DNA of 64,000 nucleotides, from contig VRMN01000019.1 of assembly GCA_008690995.1 (NCBI GenBank), forward strand, positions 1-64,000, in the 5' to 3' direction. The notes beneath the pieces are model-generated. The model made no database searches. It saw only the letters and a list, made by a program, of their open reading frames with translations, and was not told where the DNA came from. Shown one piece after another: positions 1 to 11,457 of this stretch. Position 1 is the first letter of the stretch; the number at the start of each line of letters is the position of its first letter. The position numbers and the translations under genes are program-made. Source of the DNA: Porphyridium purpureum (taxonomy: Eukaryota).

Positions 1-3000
1 CCATGGGCCCGGTCAGGAACGTGCGCACGGCCACGCAGCAGCGTGATTGCGCATACGCGCCCGTGCGCATCGTGCGTGGCCGCCCGGAGGCGCGCCTGCG
101 CTCGGGTGGCAGAATGCCCGGCGGCGTTCCCGGCCGCAGAGCCCCTGTTGTTACACATGAACCAACATGCTTCTGCCGCACGGGACGCGGTGGACCCCAG
201 CACATGGACGAGCCTGGGCCTGTGGCGATGGCCGTGCGGCAAGCTTGCGTTGCTTCGGAGCCTGCAAACGGGGTCAAATGCAGCCACCATGCACTTGACC
301 CGGTGCACTGACGACCGGGAGGCCTGCAGGCTTGCTGCTGAGCGCCTGCGGCACGCGTCCGAGCAGGTCGAAGTCACGCCGCTGGAGTGGGACCTGCGAC
401 CCGGTGTGCATGCACCCGCTCTGCTTCATGCCGAGCAAGATGCTGCACCTACTCCACCCGCCCCTCTTGGTGACGAAGATGCAGCGGACGACGCAGAACG
501 CATTTTTGCCGGGCTGCCGGTGTCCACAGTGCACGCGTACCTGGACAGGATACTTGCACTGCGGGTCCACCTGTGGAAGCGGATGGCGCCGGCTCTGGCG
601 ACGCACGTGGCCCTGGAGTTGGCTGGTCTTCTGGCCGGCGTGCAGGAGGCCGAGACCGAGGAGGACCAGGTGCGCGCCATTGCACGCCTGTGGGCGTTTC
701 CGACGCTTCTCGTGCTGTGCCTGCTGGTGCCCAGCAGCCGTCCCGCGAGCGTGTCCGGTTCACGACGGCGGCTCAAGCAGTGGCGGGTGGGAGCTGCCCG
801 CGCTGCTGGCGCGCGTCCGTGCCAGCTGACTGGAAGTGGCAGCTTCCACCGATTCGCCGGCAGATCAGCAGCAGGAGTCAAGACGTGCGCGCCTGACACC
901 CGGTGCGGCGGCACGGCTGGCGGAGTCTGCCGGTGTCCACGACACCACGGACGCGTGCCTGCACGGTTCCCGGAATTGCAATCTGCCAGCGACCGACGCG
1001 GTTGCCCCGCCATATCTCCCCGTCGCAATAAGCCTTCCAGGCGCGCGATGCGCAGCCACCGCTGGCCGAACGTGCAGTGGTGAAGAATGCAGTGATGGGT
1101 ATCCCGCACACCAGTGCAGCGGGACCCTCACGGTGGTCTCCGAGCCTCCTGCACCAGGCGCTCAGCTTGCCAGCTGCGGGTGCTGAAGTGCTGACGGCCA
1201 TGTGTGGGCTGTTCGACCGCGTGGTGCATCGAGGCCTGGAGCCGCAGGCTGGCGCGCTTTGGGCGCACGCCAGGCTCATTCCTCTGCGCAAGCCAGATGG
1301 GGGCGTGCGGCCCATTGCCATCGGCGAGATCTTCCGCCGCGTGCTGGGCCGCCTGGCCGTGACGAGCCTCGCACATGACGCAGTGGAGACGCTCGCCCCG
1401 GACCAGTATGGCGTGGGCCGCATGGCCGGGCTCGAGGCTATGGTGATGCGCACCCGCCTCGCCGTGCTGGAGAACCCCGGGTGGGGCGTGCTCAAGGTGG
1501 ACATTTCGAACGCCTTTAATACGGTGCGCCGCCCCGCCTTTATGCGACTCGTGCAGGCCCAGTTTCCGCACCTGTGGCCGCTGGTCCGCACGTGCTACGC
1601 GAGTCCTGCGCCGCTGCGAGCAGGCAAACACGTCCTGAAGAGCGAGTCTGGGGTGCAGCAAGGCGACCCGCTGGCCCCACTCCTCTTCTCGCTGGCGCTG
1701 CACCGTCAGACCAGGGACATCACGCACGCACCCGGGCAGGCGCTGGTGCAATGCTGGTACCTGGATGACGGCGCCATTGCAGGTCCAGTCCACTCCCTGG
1801 TGGCGTTCCTGGAGGTGCTCGACCACTGTGCGCGCGAAATCGACTTGTCGATTAATCGGCGCAAGTCGGAGCTAGTCCTGCCGCCGGGTAGATGTGAGAC
1901 AGACATTACGGCGCTGTCGAGCCTGCATGGCTTACCTGTGGTGCCGTGGTGCAGTGCCACTCTGCTTGGCACTGTCCTGGACACCAGCGGCGACATGGGC
2001 TGCGTGGACAGGACGCTGGCTGCGACTCTCGAGCTGGCCGACAAGGTGGCCGGCATTCACGAGCCCGAGGAGGCATACCACCTGCTCCGGGCAAGCGTGG
2101 GGCCCGCGCGAGTCGTGCATCTGGCCCGCACGCTCCCGCCAGAGGCGGTGCTGGACCGGTTCGCCGCGTTTGATGACGCGTGGCGGCACATTGTGGCGCG
2201 TACGCTCGGCGTAACGGCAGCCGACGGCCAGAACGCAGATGGCTCCTGGCGCGCAGAATGGCGCCTGCCGCTGCGGTGTGGCGGCCTGGGCCTGACCAGC
2301 CTGCGCGACATGAGCCTGCCAGGCTTCGTTGCCGGCAGCCGCGCTGCTGCTCGCACACTGGACGAGGGTGAGGTGCTACGCGCTCAGCGGGAAGCCGTGC
2401 CTCCGATGGCGCCTCTGTCGCGGCAACCGCCGGAGCCCCCGCCGCCGCCGCGCGCTCGTCCGTCGCATTTGGCGAGGTGGCGACAGTTCCACGACCTCGA
2501 AGAGGCGTGGCTGCAACAGGTGCCGGGCGTCCCGGACGCCGAAGTCGAAGATCTGCTGGATTCCCAGGCCCGAGGCCTCAGTCGCTTTTATTCACTGCTG
2601 AAGAAAGACTGGGTCTCGGCGCCTGGCTCCACGCCGTCTGAACGCTTCCGCCGCCAGAGCCTGTCGTCGCCGCATGCAGCGGCTTGGCTGGGCATGCCGT
2701 CCGGCACAGTGCTCGGTGGCATCCCGTGGTCACCCGCCCTGGGCCGCGACACCTGGTTCACCGCAGTGCGCCACTTCCTGGGCCTGCCTGTAGCTGGCGT
2801 GGCGAGCTCTGCGGGCCTCCGCTGCCCGGCCATTGTCCGCGGGACAACGGCCACGTGCGATGCACTCCTGGACGCGCTCGGTCACCATGCACAAAACTGC
2901 GCACTGGGGCCGACCCGGTACGGCCGCCATGCCGCGGTCATTGACGTGCTCGTCCGCTTTGCGACCTCAGCGGGACACACGGTCCGCCGCGAGGTGCGCC

Positions 3001-3510
3001 TCGAGGACGTGCCCGGCATAACGAGCGCACGACCCGGCGACTTTTCCTTCGACAACAATGTCGTCGACGTTGCCGTGGTCGCGCCCGACGGGGTTGCCTC
3101 TCGCTGAAGCGCGGTTCCTTTGCCGTCGTTCAGCAGCGGCGCCAGTCGGCTCCTCGGGCCAGCGCCAACATGGTGGTCTTTCATCGTCACCACGTATGGT
3201 AACGTGGACGCGCCTGCATCGCGCTTTTCCGGCCTGCGCGCGACTTTGCACGCGTGCGCCAGGTCCGCCCCGCTTGGCGCTGACCGTGCTCTCGGTGTAA
3301 TACGTGTCCTGGCAGTGTACCGCATGGTCTTCAGGTACCAGTTTATGAGTGCTGGCTGTTCTATGGCGCGCGGAACGCCGGTTCTCCTGAAGAGAAGACG
3401 CCACGCCAGGCCGGCGCCTTCCACCAGCCTCCCGTGATGATCCAACCAGCTCCGGACCACGATGAGTCCTCACCTCGCTGAATTGGTTAACTTTTAAGAA
3501 TAAACTCAAT
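1..3510 (+). mobile_element. Non-LTR retrotransposon, CRE-clade-like (RT plus C-terminal restriction-like endonuclease), frameshifted; 5' end may extend beyond the window
   Basis: ORF 1077-3107 has RPIAIGEIFRR, QYGVG..GLEA, DISNAFNTV, GVQQGDPLAPLLFSL, YLDD, LPLRCGGLG, a C..LDALGHHAQNC knuckle and RPGD...VDVAVV. The C-terminus continues after a stop at 3120-3437 (FIVTTYG). The N-terminus lies in other frames (43-1083, 836-1186). An AT-rich 3' tail runs to about 3510. Confidence 0.88.
1077..3437 (+). pseudogene. Reverse transcriptase / RLE endonuclease of the CRE-like element (disrupted)
   Basis: RT motifs as above. The reading frame is broken near 1077 and by TGA at 3105-3107. Confidence 0.85.
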
Positions 3511-3534
3511 TGGTAACCTCTAGAGTATTAAAAT

Positions 3535-3727
3535 AGAAATCTCGCGCAAAACGGTCGTTCCTCAGACAAGCGCGCCAGCTTCCGCTACCACATTTAGCAT
3601 GCATTGCAAAAGCATGCGGTATTTCCGAGCTTATTTGATAGAGTACGAGATGTACACCCATTTTAAAGGTACAGTCACACGGCGAGGAACCCCAAGGTGA
3701 GCCCAAAATCCACCACTAAACTTAGAG
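3535..3727 (+). repeat. About 190-bp dispersed repeat module, second copy at about 16419-16622
   Basis: AAATCTCGCGCAAA..CGGTCGTT...AGACAAGCGCGCCAGCTTCCGCTACC...AAATCCACCACTAA is shared by both copies. Confidence 0.9.
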
Positions 3728-3739
3728 CACTGTTACTCA

Positions 3740-3844
3740 CAGGCTATGCCTTCCAACTTAGCCCTGCAGCTGATCCAACTACAGTCTGACCAATGATGAG
3801 TCCCCAGCCCCTCTGAATTAGTTAAATTTTTAATAACTCGATTC
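3740..3844 (+). mobile_element. Isolated 3' tail of a related CRE-like element
   Basis: TGATCCAAC...GATGAGTCC...CTGAATTAGTTAA...AATAACTC at 3771-3840 parallels the tail of copy 1 at 3438-3508. Confidence 0.6.
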
Positions 3845-3870
3845 AGAGTAACCCCAGAGTAACCCTAGAG
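3845..3870 (+). repeat. Short tandem of a telomere-like 11-mer (AGAGTAACCCT; G-strand TTACTCTAGGG)
   Basis: AGAGTAACCCCAGAGTAACCCTAGAG. Single or variant copies also occur at about 3513, 4150, 4546, 6253, 9137, 16367, 16611 and 20958, and inverted at about 39491. Confidence 0.55.
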
Positions 3871-4164
3871 CAACTCAGAACACTACCAGGAGTATACAGA
3901 GATCGTGGTGGTCGAGCCCGCCACAGTCACAGGCAATATACAATGGCCCGGCCATGTGATACTGGCGCAGAAAGTACGCATTTCACTATACTGTAGTACG
4001 CTGACTGCACTGCGAACTGCACTGTGGACCACACATCCTTCCCAAAACGCACTAACCCAATACTACAGTCTGAAGCAGCTGTACTAGAGTCCGAAGCAAC
4101 TGTACTATGGTATGGCCGAACCGCAGGGCCCACCCTACCTGAAAAACGCCTCTAACCCTCTAGA

Positions 4165-4545
4165 TAATCCAGCACTGGCGACGCTGCTGGCGTGTCGTTC
4201 CAGGCGGTCATTCTGGACACGTACGGCCGGCGCGAACAGTGTGGAGCCGCGTTTCTGGAGACTCTGGTGGCGGCGTACATGCGGCACCGTGGAGTAAGCC
4301 AGATGCTGGCAAGCACGGCGCTCCACCGGTCGCTGTCGCTCGCGGTATACCGCTCGGTGGCGGCGGCGGTGCTTCTACGGCACCCGGGCCCGACTCTGTC
4401 AGTTGCCTCGCAGCACTGGCTGGAGACGGGCAGGCGCCTCTTTGTAGGCGAGGTACTCTCGGAATCGGAAGCAGAGTCGCACTGACTTTGCTGATACATA
4501 GGTAAAGTACTTAGGCCCTCTAGATTTATAATGTAAAACGATTTC
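4165..4545 (+). mobile_element. 5'-truncated 3' fragment of a CRE-like element (RLE C-terminus)
   Basis: ORF 4192-4485 FQAVILDTYG...FLETL...LSLAVYRSVAAAVL matches the typical end of RLE non-LTR ORFs and parallels copy 1 (FIVTTYG...LAVYR). Confidence 0.6.
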
Positions 4546-4558
4546 AGAGTAACCCTAG

Positions 4559-6250
4559 ATGACGCGCAGCGATGTGCCGGACGGCCTGCAAGACTTGCTC
4601 GTCACTTCGTGGTCCGAGGCGGAGCTTCTCGGCGTGCCCCTGGACGCGACCGGTGCAGGCCGTGCACTGGCGCCCATCGCGCGTCTCTCTCGCAAGGTCC
4701 TCGACCTGGCTCGCACCGTGTCCGAGTTGCCGTGCTCCGAAGAGGCGTTTCACCTCCTCCGCGGCAGCGTGGGCCCGCGCCGCCTCGCGCACCTGACGCG
4801 CACCATGCCGGCCGATGTGATCCGTGCGGAGCTCGCTTCCTTTGACGAAGGCTGGCGGCACTGCGTCGCACGCACAGTCGGGACTGCGCCGGCGGACTGC
4901 CTCGACGGCACCGACGTCCGACCCGAGTGGCGCTTGCCCTTGTCAATGGGGGGCCTCGGCCTGACCGCGCTCACCGACGTTGCTCCGTTCGCGTTCGCGG
5001 CAGGCAGCCGTGCAGCCGCGCGTGCCTTGGACCAGGTACCCGATGATGTGGTGCCACCCACTTTGGTGCGCTGGGATGCTCGGTTCCACAGCGACCAGGC
5101 GGCTCTGGCTTGTCTCCCAGCGCCGGTCGCCGCTGACGATGCGCCTCCCGGAACACTCCTGTCGTCCCAGACGCAGAGTTGCCGTCGCTTTTTCCGCAAA
5201 ATGCAGACAGACTGGCTCTCTGACCAAGGCACCACGACGTGGGAGTTCCACCGCAGGCACGGCATTTCCGCTCCGTTTGCGCTGGCTTGGCTGAGCATGC
5301 CGAGCGCTACACCTCTGGCAGGTCACGCGACTCGGATGCGGCCGCACGTGTGGCAAGCAGCGGTGCGCCACATGCTCGGGCTCCCGACGCGCTTGGCCCA
5401 GTTTGCTTCGCAGACTCGGTGCCCGGCCATTTCGGCCACGACCGGTGCCATTTGTGGCGAGCGCCTGGACGCTCTGGGCCGGCACGCGCTCGCTTGTGTG
5501 TTCGGGCCCTCGCGCTACGGGCGCCACGAACGCGTGGCAGAAGCGCTCCGGGACTTTGCCCACGCGGCGGGTCTGGTGACCGTGCGCGAGCCCGCGGTGT
5601 GCGACACCAGCACGGCTCGGCGGCCGTACGACGTACTGATTGGCACGACCGGCGTCGACGTCTCGGTCGTCCTGCCGGACAAGGCAGGTGCGCGGCGCAC
5701 GCCCGGCTCCGCGACCCGCATCAAGACTGCGCTGTTGTTACCACTCTGCTCGTGTCGTACCGGCTCGTCCGCCCGCCGGTCAGCGCCACGGCTCACTCTG
5801 CCGCGGCGGCTCCGACTCACCGCCTTGCTGGTGCTGGACATCTTTGGCGCCTGCATGATGATGCCTGACCTTCCTGGCCTGCCTGCGGGGTCATTCTGTA
5901 CGGCTACAGCTCGCGGCGCGGCTGCCTCGATGATTCCCTCCATCGGCCCTTTCCTTGGCCGTCTTCCGGTCGGCAGCCGAGGCCGTGCTTCTGCGGTATC
6001 TGGCACCCGCCATCCCCGTGGCGGGACTGCAATGGCTCTTCGGGCCTCCGCTCCTGGCGCCCACACCATGTCTCTTCATGACAATAACGCCCGACAGCGT
6101 AAGACGGTGGTTTCATTCCTAGGTTAAGATCCGATAGTAAACCCGTAACTAAGGGTACGGTGGAAGAAATGTGTCGGTACAGTGGATTAAATTTAGAGTG
6201 GTATGGTAATTGACCACCGTAGACCACATACCCTTCCCTTCCCAAATTCA
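4559..6250 (+). mobile_element. 5'-truncated CRE-like non-LTR retrotransposon copy (post-RT region, Zn knuckle, RLE), degenerate
   Basis: ORF 4559-6127 is a clear paralog of copy 1: HLLRGSVGP, EWRLPLSMGGLG, CGERLDALGRHALAC, RYGRH, RPYD..GVDVSVV. It lacks the YLDD core and begins right after AGAGTAACCCTAG. Confidence 0.85.
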
Positions 6251-6531
6251 CCCTCTAACCCTAGGGGTTTAAACGTACCTTCCATCACCCTTCACTTGTC
6301 AAGACCGGTCCACTCCCTCTCGTAGTCCCCTATAAGTTGAATTTTCTGTCCTCTCTTCCTTTCTAGCCACTTTTCTCTGATTGTCCTGCTTGTCCTTCCG
6401 TTCGTTTCGGTGTGTCGGTTCGTCATCGGTTTGTCAGTTTCCGGGGTGTGGCGGTTTCCAGTTCCTGTTATCGGTGAAGCGGTCCGGTTTTGTTGATTCG
6501 GTTACAAAGCGGAGAGGGAGAAATTCGCTGC

Positions 6532-6936
6532 GTTCTGTGGTCTCCAGTAGTGTCCAGCGGCTTTTCGTAGTGTTCTGTGGTCTCCTGTAGTGTTCTGTGG
6601 TCTCCTGTAGTGTTCTGTGGTCTCCAGTAGTGTCCAGCGGCTTTTCGTAGTGTTCTGTGGTCTTCTGTAGTGTTCTGTGGTCTCCTGTAGTGTTCTGTGG
6701 TCTCCAGTAGTGTCCAGCGGCTTTTCGTAGTGTTCTGTGGTCTTCTGTAGTGTTCTGTGGTCTCCTGTAGTGTTCTGTGGTCTCCTGTAGTGTTCTGTGG
6801 TCTCCAGTAGTGTCCAGCGGCTTTTCGTAGTGTTCTGTGGTCTCCTATAGTGTTCTGTGGTCTTCGGTAGTGTCCAGCGGCTTTTCGTAGTGTTCTGTGG
6901 TCTCCTATAGTGTTCTGTGGTCTTCGGTAGTGTTCA
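6532..6936. repeat. 20-bp minisatellite, about 20 units, two unit types
   Basis: TAGTGTTCTGTGGTCTCCTG units interspersed with TAGTGTCCAGCGGCTTTTCG units. Confidence 0.95.
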
Positions 6937-7948
6937 GTACATTCCCCGCGCTCACAATTCTCACACTTTGCCTTCGAAAAGTTGTGCATGACACATGGCA
7001 AGTCCGTGTCTTTCAAGGGTATGTCTTGAGTCTGCTGCAAAGCGCTGGCTCAAGTTTTCTTGGCTACGTTGTATTTTATTTTCGTAACATGCTTTCAGCA
7101 GTAGCTCGAAGTTTCGCGAGAAGCGGCGCCAGAGCTGATCGCACACATATAACAGTGTGGCATGCGCGTAGCGACGCGATCGCCGCAGCCATGATCTTTT
7201 CACCAGCCCGTCACCGCCACGATTTCCGCACCACCCCATCGGCGCCCCATTTTTCGCGCCAGCCCTCGGCTGCCGTTTGTCTGCGCAACTCCAGAGCCGA
7301 CGTCCCATCAACAATCGCGGCAGCCCATTCACGAGCGCACACGTGCAAGATCGCGCCAGCGCCATTGCGATCTGGCAAGACACAGCATAACGAAACTGGC
7401 ACTGTTGCACCGGTCACGCCGAGATGCGGATTCAGGCTACGTCGCCTACGTTCTCCGGCTGCGCGCGGTCTTAGTGCGCAGGCTTGGCGTCGACGCGCAT
7501 CGCGACATTCAACCACTGCCCACGTTCTTTGCGTCGTGTGCGCCCCGCGGACAACGAACGAGCAAGATCGACGCACAACGCCGCCTCTTTTTCACCAATG
7601 CACTCACGCTAAAGCTTGGCGCTTAACGGCACGCAAGCCACAGTGCACAGCGAGCCCATATCTCGCGAAAAGGAAAGGTGTTGCCACAGTTTGCTGGTCC
7701 ACAACGCGCACAGGGCGTAGCGAGCCCGTACCGCGCAGCCATCAAAAGTGTCGCCCAGCCCGGCGGCCAAAAATGCAATCCATCTCTTTCTGCCTTGAAA
7801 GGTGCGCGCACCGCAACATCCAACGTTAGCCCACGCTCTTTGCAAGCCGCGCACCGCGCCCGATGAACGCACCAGCTTGTTGTGCGCAGCCGCCTCGTGT
7901 GCAACAGTACGCGTGCCCTGAAGCTCACTGCCTGACGGGACGCAACGA

Positions 7949-8060
7949 ACAGCGAGCCCACACAGCGAGCCCACACAGCGAGCCCAGCACAGCGAGCTCA
8001 GTACAGCGAGCCCAGCACAGCGAGCCCAGCACAGCGAGCCCAGCACAGCGAGCCCAGCAT
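7949..8060. repeat. Tandem repeat of CACAGCGAGCCCA(G), 13-15 bp units
   Basis: About 7-8 imperfect copies are visible. Confidence 0.9.
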
Positions 8061-10500
8061 CGTTCGATCATCAAAGGTGTTGTCATAGCCCGGCCGCCCA
8101 AAACGCAACCCACCTCTGTCGCTTGAGAATCGCGCAAGCGAGCAGTCGCTCGTAACGAGACGGCAGCAATGAAAACATCATCCATGGCACGCTTCGTGGC
8201 ATTCAATCACGCACTCCATTCTCACGCCAGCGCATGCATACTGCGCCCTCACGCAACACATCCATGCCCAAACCAGTGCCCGGCTTACCACTCAAAAGCA
8301 TCCCGCTCACATTCGCCAGCATCCTTGCCTTGACGCATTCGAGCATGTTGGTTAGGTTCAGCTCGCAAGTGCACAATGCACACAGCTGTTGAAACGGATC
8401 GCGCGCCTGTGCGCCGTCCTCGTGCCGCTCGTGTGAAGCACTGCCCAGTGCCTATCCAACATTCTCACGCACGCCGCGCCACTTCTGCCCGGCTACCACC
8501 GCCGCGCCACTCGCGCACTGCCGCCCGCCCGTGCCTGCACTTTACCGCGCCTGCGCTGAACAGCGCCGTGCTGCTGCGCTGCCGCGCCCACTGCGCCCGC
8601 CTGCGCTCAGCGCCTGCCTTCCACTGCGCCTGGCGCTCGCCCGCGCCCGCCCGCGCTCGACAACCATCCGGATCCAACCTTCTTCCCCTTCGCGTCGACC
8701 TCCCCTCCTTCGCCGCCGGCATGATCATAATTATAGCCTATCCTTCTATGCTTATTTAAATCATCAAACAGTGTCATTCTCATATAGTCCCGTGTCCTTC
8801 ACATGGGATGACGCTGCAATGCATTACAATTTGTGATGTCTATGCAATACAAATTACTTTGCTGAGGATGACATTGAAATGGGCACAAAGCCTCTAAATA
8901 CGTGCGTTTGAATAGTAAAATCAGCTCTAGTAAAGTAATTTTTTTTCATAGTAACCGAATTTCATTTAGCAAAACGCACCTGTTTTGCGGACGCGCTTAC
9001 ATTAACTTTAGGGTTCCGCAGCGTACCCCCACAACAGCGGCATTCCATAGTAAAGTAACCTTGTTTTATGATTTTAAGTCACGTTACCCTACCGTTCAAG
9101 GCTAAAATTTCTCGCTGCAGGTATTTTTCGCCTATATAACCCTAAACCCTACAGTAACACCGCCCCCACCGCGCCCCACCGCGCCCCACCGCGCCCCACC
9201 GCGCCCCACCGCCCGACTGCGCCCGCGCCCGCGCCCGCCCAACCTCGCCCCATCATTCGCGCCCCTCGTCTCTCGCCCCACGCCGGCGCCACTCTTCGCT
9301 CCCTCGCCGGCCGCACAACCCGCCAATCGCTCAATGCGCACGGCGTCCTCAGGTCGACTTGAGCCCGCACTTCATCATATTTCAATGCCAATTTTCTATG
9401 CTCATGCATACTAACAAAATGCTACTGTTTTACTATGCTTCTTCACAACCAACATGGGATGCCCATGTAATGCATGACCATCAATTATTTTGGGTTCGTT
9501 CTTCTATGCTCGATTTCTCATACTAACACACTGGCATTTACCTATGAAAAAGCCAACTTTGGACACCAACCTCCAAGTATTTTCATATGACAACGATATC
9601 TTTTTACTATACACATCGTAATTTTGGACTTTGGACGATCTGGTCTACTTGTTTTTACACATGTATAACCATGGATTAAAAGTGTTCCGGTCCGAGAGAC
9701 GCCCTGGGTGTACACCCGGAGGTACGGCGTCTCGGAATTGTTTGAGGTACAGGGGCTTTTTCGCCCGCGTGGTTTTTTACCCTGTACCTCTGGTTTTGTG
9801 TATTGTTGTCTTTCGCCCCGAGGAGCCGGAGTCGCGTGTCCGAGGGAAGCAGGAGCCGCTTGGCGGCCGGCCAGCACCCATTGAGCCGCTTGCTGACGTG
9901 GCTGGCTGTGGCTTCGTTCCGTGGAACGAACGGAGGAAAGCCCAGCCTTTTGGGAGAAATAATTTCTCCCTTCCGCGTCAAGGACAGCAAGGACGGCGGG
10001 GTATATAATGGGCGCGGGCCCCTGCGGTTCCCCGGATTTCTAGAGAGCGGAAGAAGTAGAGGCAAGGGAGAAGGACACAGAGAATAAAAGGAAGAGTTGT
10101 TCTTTGGTGTCGGGTGCCTGGGCGTGGTCGTCGGAAGGCGTGGGGCCTTTTGCTGAGCCTGTGTAGCAGAGCCAGCAGCACATCGTGTCTGGGGGGTTTC
10201 GGTGCTCTTAGAGCACTGAAGGCAGACGGCGGCTTTGTCCGTTACGACACCCTGCCCCTGTCGAGACCGGTGCTGTCTGTGCCGACGCGAAAGGCAATAG
10301 TAGAGGCCCTATACGCTGGATTTTCCACGCCCCGGGTATTCGTCGTCTGTGTTGTGTGCGTCGTGTGGTTGTGTTCTCTGTGCTGTGTGCGTCGTGTTGC
10401 TGGGGTTCGGTCATCTGAGAAGGGTTGTGTCATCCGGGTTCGTGCGCTTGTCATCATCAAGCGTGCGAGAATTTAAAGTGGTATCATCGCATCGGCGAAG

Positions 10501-11457
10501 ATGGATTCTGAGGGAATGGACGTGCAGGGCCTGCAGGGCGGCGCGTCGTGGATTGAAGCTTTCAACCAGCTTCATGCTCGTATCGGAGGACAAGAAATGA
10601 TGATTGTGCAGCTGCAGGAGGGAAACCGCCTCTTGCAGGAGATGCTGCAGAATGTGATGCATCAGGCATCTGTGTCAGCTGGTCCCGGCGAAACGGAAAG
10701 GACCGTTGCATCGCTGATTGGACGCAGCTTGAGGAAATACGACGGACAGCGCGACAAACTCGTTGTGAACGAGTGGTTGTCGAGGATGAAGCAAGACTTG
10801 GACATGTGCATGCCAGCTGGAGCGCTGGAGTCGCAGAAGGTGATCGTAGCGTCGCGCTTCTTTGAGAAGGATGCCGCGCTTCTGTGGGCAGCTCGCCCTG
10901 AGGAACAGAGGATGGCATTGGCCGAGTCCGGTTGGAATGCGTTCGCGAGCTTCGTGAGGACGGCATTTGAGCCGCCGCAGGCATACCTGACTGCTCGAAC
11001 GAACTTGTATCAGCTGAAGCAGGGCAAGATGACTGTTGCTGAGTTTGAGCAGCGCCTGAGGATGGTGGCTCTGTCCGTGGATAATGTGACAGATGCCGAG
11101 CTCAACACCATCTTCACTCTCGGCCTGAAGGAGAGGCTTCGCCTTGAGGTGGCGCGTCAGGACACGAAGACGCTGGAAGAGTCGCTGAGGGCGGCGTTGG
11201 CTGCGGAGCAGGTTGGTAGGTTTGGAGGAGACATGAGGGAGGCTTTTCATGGCGCCTCGAGTCCAGACTACCGGAACAGCTCGTCGTATGCCGGGACGGC
11301 GCCAATGGATTTGGGCGTCGTGGAGAAACGCCAGCCGGAGAAGCGCAAGCGTGCGGACATGGGCAAAGTCAGATGCTACCATTGTGGGCAGCGCGGCCAC
11401 ATCAAACCCAATTGCCCAAAGCGGAACGGGCACTTGGCGGGAGGCCCGGAAAACTAA
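10501..11457 (+). CDS. gag: Gag (retrotrans_gag/Ty3-type capsid, PMDLG motif, CCHC knuckle)
   Basis: LYQLKQGKMTVAEFEQRL, FTLGLK, APMDLG, CYHCGQRGHIKPNC. Confidence 0.92.
   Translation: MDSEGMDVQGLQGGASWIEAFNQLHARIGGQEMMIVQLQEGNRLLQEMLQNVMHQASVSAGPGETERTVASLIGRSLRKYDGQRDKLVVNEWLSRMKQDLDMCMPAGALESQKVIVASRFFEKDAALLWAARPEEQRMALAESGWNAFASFVRTAFEPPQAYLTARTNLYQLKQGKMTVAEFEQRLRMVALSVDNVTDAELNTIFTLGLKERLRLEVARQDTKTLEESLRAALAAEQVGRFGGDMREAFHGASSPDYRNSSSYAGTAPMDLGVVEKRQPEKRKRADMGKVRCYHCGQRGHIKPNCPKRNGHLAGGPEN

Noticed and set aside
3433..3815. C/D-box-like (RTGATGA...CTGA) or hammerhead-like (GATGAG) motifs in the two CRE 3' tails
   Set aside because: The motifs are short and one coincides with stop codons; there is no GAAA core or terminal stem.
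4550..4559. TAACCCTAGA resembles a piggyBac end (TTAA-CCCTAGA)
   Set aside because: No TTAA target, no inverted partner at a sensible position and no piggyBac transposase.
6468..7040. 190-aa repetitive ORF (RRPQNT...) and a possible CRISPR-like array
   Set aside because: It is the translation of the minisatellite; there are no unique spacers and no cas genes.
6897..8836. 310-aa and smaller ORFs in the repeat-rich region
   Set aside because: Low-complexity R/A/P-rich translations without domain signatures.
9631..10476. Several ORFs duplicated at 14708-15670
   Set aside because: They are incidental ORFs inside the two LTRs of element A.
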